Assembly: GCA_024763555.1 (NCBI GenBank)
Contig: JANTFG010000001.1
Span: 1 to 55,271 of the forward strand
Source of the DNA: Thermoanaerobaculales bacterium
GTDB taxonomy: Bacteria; Acidobacteriota; Thermoanaerobaculia; Thermoanaerobaculales; Sulfomarinibacteraceae
Length of the DNA stretch: 55,271 bases
Direction: 5' to 3'
Within the stretch, counting starts at the first letter, position 1. Each line of letters starts with the position of its first letter. The notes under the pieces were generated by a model. The model did not search any database, was not told the DNA's origin, and saw nothing but the letters and a program-made list of their open reading frames with translations. Of this stretch, positions 1 through 9,400 are shown in pieces. The position numbers and the translations under genes were made by a program.

Positions 1-1710
1 AACGCGGTCGAAGATGCAATCGGGGATGCTCCGGCCCGGGCGGAGGCCCTGCTCATCCGGGGCATCTGCCTCAGTGATCTCGGAAGACTCGACGAAACAG
101 AGGCCTCTCTGCGGGAATCAATGACCCTGGCCCGGGAAAGCGGCGCCCGCCGCACTCTCCAGCGCTGTCTCCACATCCTCTCCTCCGGTGTGTACATCCT
201 CAAGGGCGAGTTTGACCTTGCCCTGGCTTCGGACCGGGAATCGCTGGCGATGGCGGAAGAGCTTGGCCTCGATGATCAACTCTGGTTCCCCCTTGTCACG
301 ATGGCCTGGGTCTTCTGGACCCGGGGCCAAAGGAAGGAAGCCGAAGAGATGCTGATCCGGCTCCGGGAAGCCATTCGACCGTGGACCCTGGGAGAAGGCT
401 ACTATTTCTGCCTGGCAGGAGATCTCGCGCAGGAGAGTTCCACGCCGGACGAAGCGCCGGAGTGGTATGCAAAGGCCCGCTCGATCGCCGATCTCATCGG
501 GGATCCGGGCCTCGGCGCCGAGCTGAGGGTCGGTCTCTCCCGCTATCATCGGCGTTTCGGATCTACGGCGACCGCTCTGAGCTGGGCTGAAGACGCCCTG
601 CAGACGGCTTTAAGGGCACAATCCTCTCCCACCCTTGGCTGGGCTCTCATTGAAAAGGCCCGGAACCTGATGGATCTGGGAAAGCTCCGGGAGGCGGATT
701 CCTGTCTTGACGAGGCCGAAGCCCACTCCCGTCGAACCGGCGCCCGTTTCGATCTCACGAGAAGCCTGTTCCTTCACGCAGCCCTCCATCTCGAGGCCGG
801 CCGGGACGACGCCGGCAGAATCTGGATCGAGGCTGTCGAACAACTTCGCACCGGGGGCTATGGCTTTCTGCTGGAACGGGACCGCGATGTCATTCACCCC
901 CTGATCTCCGCATTCAGTACCGGAGGAAGCGAAGAGAATCAGGCTTCCCAGCGGATGCTGGAAATGCTGGGGAGACTTCCCCCACCGGCCATTCATATCC
1001 GCTGCCTGGGTGGATTCGAGGTCATCCGACAACATCATCTGCTTCCGGCCGGAAGCCTGGAGCGGAGACGTGCCGGCGAGTTGCTTCGTCTGCTCCTGAT
1101 CTCCCGAAACAGATCCCTCGACACTGACCAGGCCCTGGAGGCCCTGTGGCCCGGAAAGGACCCTTCCCGGGCAGGAGCGAGTCTCCACCAGGCAACTTCG
1201 GCCCTGCGACGTGCCCTGGAACCCGACCTCCCGGAAAAATCTCCCTCCCGCTATCTCAAGACTCAGCAGGGAAGGATGTCTCTCCAGCTGCCTCCGGGCT
1301 CAACCGTGGACTTCGAGGAATTTCAGCGGCTCTTCAAAGAAAAAAAATACCGCGACGCCCTCGATTTGTACCGCGGAGATTTGATGACGACGGCGGATTC
1401 CGGAGAGGACTTCATCATCCTCCGTGAGAGCCTCAAACAGACCGCCATGCAGGCTGCCATGAAGATTGCCTCCGAGAAATTCTCGCAGAAAGACTACGAG
1501 AAGGCCCTCGAAGCCTGCCTGGAGGCCCTTCGCCTGGAGAGCTGGCAGGAAGATGCGGTGCTGCTTGGGATGAAGAGCCTGATGGCCATGCATCAGCGCG
1601 CCGGCGCCATCCGTCTCTACCAGCGGCTGGAATCGACGCTCAAGGAGGAACTGGGGGTCGAACCGGAGCCCGAACTCCGCGGATACTACCAATCCATTCT
1701 CTCGGACTGA
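1..1710 (+). CDS. Transcriptional regulator with N-terminal TPR-like helical repeats and a C-terminal winged-helix + BTAD (SARP, AfsR/DnrI-like) module; the 5' end is cut by the window edge
   Basis: The frame of the listed 121..1710 ORF is stop-free back to base 1, so the gene begins upstream of the window. The C-terminal part reads IRCLGGFEV..RRRAGELLRLLLISRNRSL..ALEALWPG (OmpR/PhoB-type wHTH). It continues YRGDLM..LYQRLESTLKEELGVEPEPELRGYYQSIL (BTAD signature). Confidence 0.8.
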   Translation, partial: NAVEDAIGDAPARAEALLIRGICLSDLGRLDETEASLRESMTLARESGARRTLQRCLHILSSGVYILKGEFDLALASDRESLAMAEELGLDDQLWFPLVTMAWVFWTRGQRKEAEEMLIRLREAIRPWTLGEGYYFCLAGDLAQESSTPDEAPEWYAKARSIADLIGDPGLGAELRVGLSRYHRRFGSTATALSWAEDALQTALRAQSSPTLGWALIEKARNLMDLGKLREADSCLDEAEAHSRRTGARFDLTRSLFLHAALHLEAGRDDAGRIWIEAVEQLRTGGYGFLLERDRDVIHPLISAFSTGGSEENQASQRMLEMLGRLPPPAIHIRCLGGFEVIRQHHLLPAGSLERRRAGELLRLLLISRNRSLDTDQALEALWPGKDPSRAGASLHQATSALRRALEPDLPEKSPSRYLKTQQGRMSLQLPPGSTVDFEEFQRLFKEKKYRDALDLYRGDLMTTADSGEDFIILRESLKQTAMQAAMKIASEKFSQKDYEKALEACLEALRLESWQEDAVLLGMKSLMAMHQRAGAIRLYQRLESTLKEELGVEPEPELRGYYQSILSD

Positions 1711-1854
1711 ACTGCTCGAAGGGAAGGACTACTCCCTCTTCCTGCTGATCTGAGATCTCCTGACAAGGCCGCGCAGCCCCGGTGTCAGTCATCTGTCAGT
1801 CGCCTACCCCATACTGCTTTCAGATGCTGCCGAAGGCGGTGATCGGGAGGCCTG

Positions 1855-2049
1855 ATGCGAAATCTCCAGTCCTGCATTCTCCGATTGATGATCGACGAGA
1901 ATGCCCCGGGCGAACTGCACGGAAGACTCAGCCCGATCGGGGGAGGAGAGGAATCGCTCTTCAGGGACGAAGAGACCCTGCTGCGTGCCCTGCGACAACT
2001 TCAGCGAAATGCACTCGAAAAAATAAATGAGGCGGAGGAAGAACAATGA
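1855..2049 (+). CDS. Possible 64-aa small protein translationally coupled to the downstream repeat protein
   Basis: The ATG at 1855 is preceded by GGGAGG (1845-1850, 4-nt spacer). Its TGA (2047-2049) overlaps the ATG of the next gene (ATGA at 2046-2049). No family is recognised. The C-terminal half is charged and helical (LLRALRQLQRNALEKINEAEEEQ). Confidence 0.35.
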   Translation: MRNLQSCILRLMIDENAPGELHGRLSPIGGGEESLFRDEETLLRALRQLQRNALEKINEAEEEQ

Positions 2050-4016
2050 AAGGGATCATCTGCTCGGTCCTTCTGACCCTGGCTCTCGGCGCCGTCTTCA
2101 TCACGGGCCTCGCCTCAGCGGCCGATATCAGCGGTGTTGTCAGTGCCGAGGGCGGCGGGGGTCTCGAGGGCGTGCAGATTCGCGTCCTCGACAGCGGCGG
2201 CAGCATCTTCAATCAGTGTCTGAGCGATGCCACGGGCGCCTATGTTTTCACCGGACTTCCGGCCGGCAGCTACGTACTCTGGACCTCAAACGAGCAGGGC
2301 TATGTCGACGAACTCTACGACAATATTCAATGCGCCGGAGGCTGCTACTATTTTGAGGGTACGCAGGTTTCCATCAGTGCCGGAAATGATGCGAGCGGAA
2401 TCGACTTTGCGCTCACGCCGGGAGGACGGATCTCGGGAACAATCACCGCCTCGAATGGCGGCGCGTTCATCGAGGATGTCGATGTCAGGATCTACAATGA
2501 AGAGGGTGATTCCATCACGACCGCGACGACATCAGCCGACGGCTCATACCTCTCTCCCACCGGCCTGCCTTCGGGAAATTACTTTGTCCGGACGGCCAAC
2601 AGCCAGGGTTTCTTCGACGAAATCTGGGATAACCGCGCATGTACCGGCGCCTGTGACCCCACGACCGGGGACGCCGTCAGCGTGACGATCGGCGCCACGA
2701 CCTCAGATATCGATTTCAGCCTGGATTCCGGGGGAGGGATCTCAGGCCATATCACTTCATCAGGAGACGGGGCGCCGATCGATCGGGTTCGAATCGACTT
2801 CTATGATGCCGCGGGCGCCTGGGTCAGTTCGGCGACTCCGGATGCCGCGGGCGCCTACACCTCCTCAACCGGTCTGGCGCCCGGAGACTATTTTGCGAAG
2901 ACCGACAATTGGTGGGGCCATATCGACGAACTCTATGACGATATCCCCTGTGCCGCCGGATGTACGGTGACTAACGGCACACCCATCGTCGTCGCCGGGG
3001 GGATTACAACGGGTATTGATTTCGCCCTGGATCCCGGCGGCTGGATCAGCGGCACCATCACCGAAGGCACGACTTCCCTGCCGATCGAGGATGCGGGAGT
3101 CGAGGTCTTCACGGTCTCGGGACAGCGTGTGACGACCGCATTCCCGGATTCAAACGGTGTCTACTGGGCCTCCGGACTCCCGACCGGAGACTACTATCTC
3201 CGGGCCTACAGCTGGGAGAACTACCTCGCCGAACTCTACGACAATTTCCCCTGCCCCGACAGCTGCGATTTGTCAGCGGGCACCGCCGTCTCGGTGCTTC
3301 AGCCCGCCATCACCTCCGGAATCGACTTTGTTCTGGATTCGGGAGGAAACCTCCGGGGAACCGTCCACGAAAGCTCTTCGGGCGCGCCCGTCTCCGAGGC
3401 GGAGGTGCAGATCTTCGATCTCGACGGAATGCCTGTGCTCGACACCTTTGTCGACAGCTTCGGCGCCTTTGACTCCGGACCGATCCCGAGCGGCCAGTAC
3501 TATCTCTTCATCGATGCCTGGGACGAAGATCTGGTCGACGAGGTCTGGGATGATATTCAGTGCGCAGATTTCTGTGATCCGGAAGTGGGGACGCTGATCA
3601 ACCTTGACGCGGGTGAAACTGTGGATCTCCCGATCCTCCTCGGGAGCGGGGCCTCCCTCAAAATCACCGTCACCGCGGAGGACCTCACGGCCATCCCGGA
3701 CTGTGAGATCGACCTCTACGATGCCGGCGGAATTTTCACGGCCGTAGCCTTCAGCGACGAGACCGGGCTGGCGCTGGCAAAGGGGCTTCCTGAGGGTTTC
3801 TACTATGTTCGCACCCGAAACGGGGGGGATTTTGTCGATGAACTCTGGGAGGAGGTCGACTGTCCCGGCGACTGCGATCCGATGGCGGGAACTGCACTTC
3901 ATCTGCTTCCCGGTGGTACCAGCACGGAGATCGACTTCTTCCTGAATTCGGCCCGAATCTTCTCGGATGGATTTGAAAACGCGACGACAGATGAATGGTC
4001 TGGAACGCACAGCTGA
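2046..4016 (+). CDS. Secreted protein built of six tandem carboxypeptidase-regulatory-like (CarboxypepD_reg-type beta-sandwich) repeats, each with a C-x2-C pair
   Basis: The signal peptide is MKGIICSVLLTLALGAVFITGLASA, and GGAGGA lies at 2033-2038. Six units follow the pattern ISGxIt..G.PI..v.V.iYd..G......t.d..G.Y...GLP.G.YY.rt.....vDElyDn..C...C....Gt.v.v......IDF.L..GG. Confidence 0.85.
   Translation: MKGIICSVLLTLALGAVFITGLASAADISGVVSAEGGGGLEGVQIRVLDSGGSIFNQCLSDATGAYVFTGLPAGSYVLWTSNEQGYVDELYDNIQCAGGCYYFEGTQVSISAGNDASGIDFALTPGGRISGTITASNGGAFIEDVDVRIYNEEGDSITTATTSADGSYLSPTGLPSGNYFVRTANSQGFFDEIWDNRACTGACDPTTGDAVSVTIGATTSDIDFSLDSGGGISGHITSSGDGAPIDRVRIDFYDAAGAWVSSATPDAAGAYTSSTGLAPGDYFAKTDNWWGHIDELYDDIPCAAGCTVTNGTPIVVAGGITTGIDFALDPGGWISGTITEGTTSLPIEDAGVEVFTVSGQRVTTAFPDSNGVYWASGLPTGDYYLRAYSWENYLAELYDNFPCPDSCDLSAGTAVSVLQPAITSGIDFVLDSGGNLRGTVHESSSGAPVSEAEVQIFDLDGMPVLDTFVDSFGAFDSGPIPSGQYYLFIDAWDEDLVDEVWDDIQCADFCDPEVGTLINLDAGETVDLPILLGSGASLKITVTAEDLTAIPDCEIDLYDAGGIFTAVAFSDETGLALAKGLPEGFYYVRTRNGGDFVDELWEEVDCPGDCDPMAGTALHLLPGGTSTEIDFFLNSARIFSDGFENATTDEWSGTHS
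2124..3956 (+). repeat. Six in-frame tandem repeats of about 102 aa (about 306 nt) inside the 2046..4016 CDS
   Basis: The repeat starts are DISGVV, RISGTI, GISGHI, WISGTI, NLRGTV and SLKITV. Each unit ends in IDF.L..GG-like sequence and carries CAGGC / CTGAC / CAAGC / CPDSC / CADFC / CPGDC. Confidence 0.85.
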
Positions 4017-4069
4017 AAATCGTCTCGCTTTCGACGGAGATCCGGCGATAATGGCAGCCGGAGGTGCTC

Positions 4070-5323
4070 ATGGCCCGATTCCAGTTGAAGTGTACCGAAT
4101 GCCACCAGAATTTCCCGGAAAATCCGGATCTGCTGCTCTGCCCAGGTTGTTCAAGGGAATCCGGGCATCCTTCACTCTATGGTGTTCTGGAAATCGAGAT
4201 CCTTGATCCTCCTTCCAGGCTGCCCGCAGCGCCGCCCGCGGATTCCGGAAGCCTCATGGCCTTCCTGCCGATTTCCGACCCCTCCTCGCTCGCACCCCTG
4301 GCTGTCGGCGGCACCCCGCTTCTCCCGGTCCCGAGACTGAGAGAAAAGATGCAGATGTCCCGCATCTGGCTCAAGGACGACACCCGGAATCCTTCGGCCT
4401 CGACCAAGGACCGGGCCTCGCTCCTCGTGGCGGCCAAGGCCTTGGAATACGGGAAGAAGATCATCGCAACCGCCTCGACGGGGAATGCCGCTACGGCGCT
4501 CTCTGCGATCTGCGCCGCATCCGGACAACAGGCCGTCGTCTTCGTTCCCGCGGCGGCGCCCCCTGCCAAACTGATTCAGATGCAGAGCTACGGCGCACGG
4601 ATTATCGCCGTGGACGGCTCATACGATGAGGCTTTCGAGCTGTGCAACGCGGCCTGTCGGGAATTCGGCTGGTATAACCGCAACACGGCCATGAATCCCT
4701 TCACGACCGAGGGGAAGAAAACCGCGGCCCTGGAAATTGCCGCGCAATTGTCGGGCGAGATGCCCGATTTCGTCGTCGTCCCGGCGGGAGACGGCGTGAT
4801 CACCTCCGGCATCGCCAAGGGTTTCGCCGAACTGGAATCCTGGGGCCTGATTTCGAAGAACCCCCGGATTCTCATCGTTCAGCCCGAGGGTTCTTCGGCC
4901 CTCATCCGGGCGCTGGAGGACGAGAATGAGGACATTCGGCCTCAGCCGGGCGCGACAAGCGTCGCGGACTCACTGGTTGTCGAGGCGCCCCGTAATTCCC
5001 GCTGGGCGCTCAAACTGATTCGGGGGAGCCGCGGGATTGGGCTCAGTGTCAGCGAAGAGGAAATCCTTCACTCGATTCCGAAGCTGGCTTCGCTGACGGG
5101 GGTCTTCGCCGAACCCGCCGCGGCCACTGCTCTGGCGGGGCTGGAAAAGGCCATCCGGCTCGGTATTCTTTCGAGGGAGAACTCAGTTGTGCTGATGGTC
5201 ACCGGCAGCGGACTCAAGGATGTGGCGGCCGCCGGGAAGACTCTGCCGGAGATCGAGAAAATCGCCCCCGGTCAGGAGGGGCTCGACCGCCTCGTTCGTG
5301 ACTCCATCCGGATCCTGGGATAG
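4070..5323 (+). CDS. thrC: Threonine synthase-like PLP-dependent (fold type II, PALP) enzyme with an N-terminal CxxC..CxxC zinc ribbon
   Basis: LKDDTRNPSASTKDRAS contains the PLP-lysine motif (x-K-D-R). Other supporting segments are ASTGNAATALSA, a glycine-rich loop (VTGSGLKD) and the N-terminal CTECHQ..CPGC. GGAGG at 4060-4064 lies 5 nt before ATG 4070, whereas the listed ORF starts at GTG 4064. Assignment within the PALP superfamily is from memory of motif patterns only. Confidence 0.65.
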   Translation: MARFQLKCTECHQNFPENPDLLLCPGCSRESGHPSLYGVLEIEILDPPSRLPAAPPADSGSLMAFLPISDPSSLAPLAVGGTPLLPVPRLREKMQMSRIWLKDDTRNPSASTKDRASLLVAAKALEYGKKIIATASTGNAATALSAICAASGQQAVVFVPAAAPPAKLIQMQSYGARIIAVDGSYDEAFELCNAACREFGWYNRNTAMNPFTTEGKKTAALEIAAQLSGEMPDFVVVPAGDGVITSGIAKGFAELESWGLISKNPRILIVQPEGSSALIRALEDENEDIRPQPGATSVADSLVVEAPRNSRWALKLIRGSRGIGLSVSEEEILHSIPKLASLTGVFAEPAAATALAGLEKAIRLGILSRENSVVLMVTGSGLKDVAAAGKTLPEIEKIAPGQEGLDRLVRDSIRILG

Positions 5324-5360
5324 AATACTTGTGTCACTGTTCGGACAGGGAGGGAAAAAG

Positions 5361-6032
5361 ATGAAGAACACGATCGTGATGCTGATCATGCCGGTCATTG
5401 CCGCCCTGACAGTCTCAGCCGGGGAACTTCCAATACCCCGCGCGGATCCAGAGCCCTTCTTCTCCGAATACGTCGAAGGGGCTGCCTCGAAGGCGCCAGG
5501 CGACCTCGCCCTCGAGATTTTCAACCCGACGAATTTCCCGATCGAACTGGGGAATATGAGCTATGTCATCGAAATCTACGCCGACGGAGCACTGACTCCG
5601 ACCGCCGTGATCTCCCTGGTCGGGACCATTCCTCCCCAGGGAACATATGTCGTTGTCGCCTCCGGCGCCGACCCGATCCTGCTGGCCCTTGCGGATCAGG
5701 TCGAGCCCCTTCTTGTCTTTGACGGGAACGACCTCATCGTCCTCCGGGGCCTCCTGCAGGCGAAAGCTCCGGCAGACCGCCAGCTGACCATCCTCGATGC
5801 CATCGGCCAACTCGGCAACGATCCAACGCCCCCCGGCTACTGGGGCGCCTGCCCCCTTTGTACGGCCGACGTCGACCTGAGACGCGACCCGACGGTCCTG
5901 TACGGCGATATCAGTCTCAGCGATGCCTACGACGTCGCAAGCGGCTGGCTGGCCAACCCACCCGACGACTGGACGGATTTGGGCAGCCACGTACCGGTTC
6001 CCGTCGAGTTGATGTCATTCAGTATCGAGTAG
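5361..6032 (+). CDS. Secreted lamin-tail-domain (LTD)-like protein
   Basis: ATG 5361 is preceded by GGGAGGGA, and the signal peptide is MKNTIVMLIMPVIAALTVSAGE. FFSEYVEGAASKAPGDLALEIFNPTNFPIELGNMSYVIEIYADG follows the LTD pattern seen at N-termini of ExeM/NucH-type extracellular nucleases. The longer listed ORF (from 5220) would overlap thrC. Confidence 0.7.
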   Translation: MKNTIVMLIMPVIAALTVSAGELPIPRADPEPFFSEYVEGAASKAPGDLALEIFNPTNFPIELGNMSYVIEIYADGALTPTAVISLVGTIPPQGTYVVVASGADPILLALADQVEPLLVFDGNDLIVLRGLLQAKAPADRQLTILDAIGQLGNDPTPPGYWGACPLCTADVDLRRDPTVLYGDISLSDAYDVASGWLANPPDDWTDLGSHVPVPVELMSFSIE

Positions 6033-6141
6033 CGGCGGGATCAGTAATCACGGTGAAGATATGTGGGGGTCTGGGGTCGAAATCAGACTGACCCGAAGCG
6101 CGGGAGAGATCGGCGAGGGCTTCCCCTGAGAATTCCTTGGC

Positions 6142-9015
6142 TCAGCTCGAGCCAAGCTTCTTGAGCACCAGGCCGAAACCATGTTCCTCGGCGATCTTTC
6201 TGAGCCTGTCCCTCTCGCCGCGCGCCTGCTCCCGATGATCGAGTCCCTCCATGCTCTCGATCCGGATTCGTGAGATTTCCAGGCAGGCCGGTCGGAAATC
6301 CGAAGGTTCACAGAGACCCTCCGTCTCCTTGAGAGCCTCCCCCGGATGACCCCCGCTCAACTCCAGCTCTGCTCCGGCCAGGGCGATCTCCATCGCTGCC
6401 GCGGTGTTTTCGTCCCTGGGACGCAGGGCGCGGGCAAGGCCGAGTTCGGCCTCCGCTTCCGCTGTTTTTTTCTGCATCAGAAAAATCCGTGCACTCAAAG
6501 CATGGGCGCGGGCTTCCTTCTCAGCCTTCTTTTCCTTCGAAAACGCCTCCGCCGCCTTTCTCGCCTCCCGAAGAGCCTCCTGCTGCTGTCCGGCCTCCAT
6601 CAGGGCATTGGCCAGAGAGAGGCGGCTGGCAGCGACGCCGCCGGGCTCCTCAAGCTCCTCACGGATTTCCAGGGCCTTCCGATGGGTTTTGACGGCCCCT
6701 TCGACCTCTCCCTGGATGAGCTGTACATCGCCGAGGGCGTAAAGACTATGGGCATAGGAACTCCTCCGCCCCGTCTCCTTCAGGATTTCAAGGGCTTCTT
6801 CGAGGTTCTTCCTGGCCTCTCGCGGCCGCCCCAGATCACTCTGCAGGAGACCGAGATTACTGAGAGCAACCGCCTCGTAATTCCTGTTGCCCACCTCACG
6901 AAAGAGCTTGAGCGCTTCGCTATAGGCCTTCCCGGCGGCTTCGAGATCTCCCTTCTGCATCCACAGGCTTGCCAGATTTCCCTCGGCGGAAGCCTGGCAG
7001 CCTCTGTCTCCCAGGGCCTTGCAGAGATTCAGGGATTGACGGAAGAGTTCCGCGGCGCCCTCGAAATCTCCAGCCTGCCAGCGAAGAATCGCCTGGAGGT
7101 TGATCGCCTGAGCCACGCGGGCCGTATTTCCCGCACTCTGATAGAGCTTTCGGGCCAGAGCATAATCCTCTGCGGCTTCCTTCCTCCTGCCCAGGCGATG
7201 CAGCGCCTGCCCGGAGAGAATGGCCGCGCGGGCCTGCAGTTCGGGAGCCTGGATTTCCTCCGCCTTCTGCATTGCACGATGGGCCGATTCCAGTTGCTGC
7301 TCATATCGTGAGAGTCCCCCTGCAGCCCGTGCCTCCTGGATATCGATCCGGGGATCTTCGCCTTCAGGCACCGGAAAACGTCTCAGGATTTTCAGGGTCT
7401 TGAGGCCGACTTCCGGACTCGCCGCTGAAATCTCCGCAGCCGCGAGCTGCAGACCATACTCCAGATTCATCTCATCGAAGTTGAAGAGTTTCTGATAGGC
7501 CTCCACGGCCTGCGTCCACTTACCCGTTGTCTGAGCGTAGCGTGCCTCGATGAGAAGCCTCTGTTCCCTGGGGAGTACTTTTGAATTCTCAGCAATCTTC
7601 CAGGCCTTCTCGGCAGTCTCAACCGCCCGCGAGTCGTAACCCAGGGCAGACCATGCCGCGGCGAGGGCCTCCTGGACAAGCGGCGCCTCCGGGTCCATGG
7701 CAACGGCCTGTTCAAAGAGCGAGGCCGCCTTCTGGGGTTCATAGGACCTCAGCGCCTCCAATCCCTGGGCGTAGAAACGGCTTCCGGAGGCGCTCGACGG
7801 GAGGGAGGCCTCCAGGTGAATGCCTGCTTCTGGGGCTGCCGCCAGTCCCAGGCTGCTTCGAATCGCCTCACCGACCTGTGAAGCGAGATCAAAAAGCCCC
7901 TCCTCCGTGCCCCGAAACTTCTCAGAGGCCAGGATCTCGCCGCTTGAAGCATCCTGAAGGCTGGCCGTCAGACCGAACTTCGCCTGACTCCGACTCCGGA
8001 GATAGCTTCCGCTCACGAGATAGTCGGCCCCGAGGCGCCGCCGAAGCAGCTTGAGACTCTCCTCCCCCAGCGTCTGAACACTCACAATCTTCAGATCCTG
8101 GCGAGCCCGTGAGACCGCCTCTCCGGGCAGGATCCGCAGCTCCTTCGAACTGGCCAGATCGGTGTTGATCGTCTCCGAAAGCGCCGTCGAAAGCCAGTCG
8201 GCCTCCTTCAAACCCGAGAGATTGGCGAAACCGAGGACGGCGACGGTTTTGCGCGGATCCTCAGGCGCCCCCGGACGAAGAAAATGCCAAAGACTGATGG
8301 CGGCGAGGAGAAGAACCATGGCGCCGGCAGCTGCAAGGATCATTCTCCTTCGCTTCTTCTTCAACTCGGCCACCCGGAGTCCCTTCCGGGCCACCTGCCA
8401 GACCTTGGCGGAATCCGCCGGAGCGCTGAGGGCCGATTCACCCTGGATCCCGACTTCAAAAACACGAATCGGATCATCGACTCCCTTGAAAGCGTAGAGA
8501 CCATGGGCCATCCAGACGAAGGGACGGTCGGGATCTTCCGCATCGACGGCCGCACGTCGGGCAAGATCATAGGCGCCCCGGGTCATCAGGGTCTGTCGCC
8601 CGCCTGCCAGGGACATCAACCTGGCGGCCATTGGCTTTGCCAGGCCCTCAACCTCCAGTGGTTTGGCCCCTTTGGCGACGTCTTCCGGACTGTTTTCCCG
8701 GAGGAAGACTTCCCCGAGGTGAATTCCCGCACGGGCCTCCATCCGGACTCCGACCTCTTCTGAAAGCTCGGCGAGGGCCCGATGATAGTCCAGGGCATAT
8801 CCAAGCGCATCGATCGGCCTCTCGAAGAGAAAGAGAAAACCGTCGGTCTTGTCGATCTCCTTCCCGTCATAGCGGCTCAGCAGGTCCCGCGCGATTCGAT
8901 CGTGACGACCGAAGATCTCAAAGGCCCGCTGGTCGCCGAGCTGTTCGAGAAGCTTCGTGCTGTTGACCAGATCGGTCAGGAGGAGGGTCCGGAGAACTGA
9001 GCCGCCGGCAGCCAT
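6142..9015 (-). CDS. Membrane-anchored class III nucleotidyl-cyclase-homology-domain protein with a periplasmic linker and a long C-terminal TPR array
   Basis: The N-terminus carries LLLTDLVNST..IDKTDGFLFLF..RAGIHLGEV..GLAKPMAARLMSLA (cyclase homology domain). A single TM helix follows (RRMILAAAGAMVLLLAAISLW), then more than 10 TPR-like repeats (e.g. AEDYALARKLYQSAGN, AGKAYSEALKLFREVGN). Confidence 0.85.
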   Translation of the reverse strand: MAAGGSVLRTLLLTDLVNSTKLLEQLGDQRAFEIFGRHDRIARDLLSRYDGKEIDKTDGFLFLFERPIDALGYALDYHRALAELSEEVGVRMEARAGIHLGEVFLRENSPEDVAKGAKPLEVEGLAKPMAARLMSLAGGRQTLMTRGAYDLARRAAVDAEDPDRPFVWMAHGLYAFKGVDDPIRVFEVGIQGESALSAPADSAKVWQVARKGLRVAELKKKRRRMILAAAGAMVLLLAAISLWHFLRPGAPEDPRKTVAVLGFANLSGLKEADWLSTALSETINTDLASSKELRILPGEAVSRARQDLKIVSVQTLGEESLKLLRRRLGADYLVSGSYLRSRSQAKFGLTASLQDASSGEILASEKFRGTEEGLFDLASQVGEAIRSSLGLAAAPEAGIHLEASLPSSASGSRFYAQGLEALRSYEPQKAASLFEQAVAMDPEAPLVQEALAAAWSALGYDSRAVETAEKAWKIAENSKVLPREQRLLIEARYAQTTGKWTQAVEAYQKLFNFDEMNLEYGLQLAAAEISAASPEVGLKTLKILRRFPVPEGEDPRIDIQEARAAGGLSRYEQQLESAHRAMQKAEEIQAPELQARAAILSGQALHRLGRRKEAAEDYALARKLYQSAGNTARVAQAINLQAILRWQAGDFEGAAELFRQSLNLCKALGDRGCQASAEGNLASLWMQKGDLEAAGKAYSEALKLFREVGNRNYEAVALSNLGLLQSDLGRPREARKNLEEALEILKETGRRSSYAHSLYALGDVQLIQGEVEGAVKTHRKALEIREELEEPGGVAASRLSLANALMEAGQQQEALREARKAAEAFSKEKKAEKEARAHALSARIFLMQKKTAEAEAELGLARALRPRDENTAAAMEIALAGAELELSGGHPGEALKETEGLCEPSDFRPACLEISRIRIESMEGLDHREQARGERDRLRKIAEEHGFGLVLKKLGSS

Positions 9016-9400
9016 CAGAACACCCGCCTGCCCGGGGGATTCTTCTTCGACGGATCAATCGGAATCACGATTCTCCTTGTCTTCACAGCCTGAGGATACT
9101 ACAGCTCCCGCGTGGGGAGGATGTGGAGAGATTCTTCCGTTCGAATAATCTGCCCCTCTCCCCGCTGCCTTTTCAGGCTCCTGTCAGAATTTTCTCCTCT
9201 TCACGGATTCTCAAGAATCTCAAATTCGGCTTGTAAATAGCAGAAAAAATGTATGTTACCGGAATCTCAGCTTTCGGCACGGCTCTTGCGATACCTCCCG
9301 ATGTCGGCAACCGAAGAAGGGAAAGGAGGTAGAGGACGCCGGCAGGCTGATCAGAACAATCCAGAGTCCAACAATCAACCAGAACCGAAAGGAGAACGAA

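Noticed and set aside
5220-5360. Upstream extension of the LTD-protein ORF
   Set aside because: It would overlap the 3' end of thrC by about 100 nt. The internal ATG 5361 has an SD and a signal peptide.
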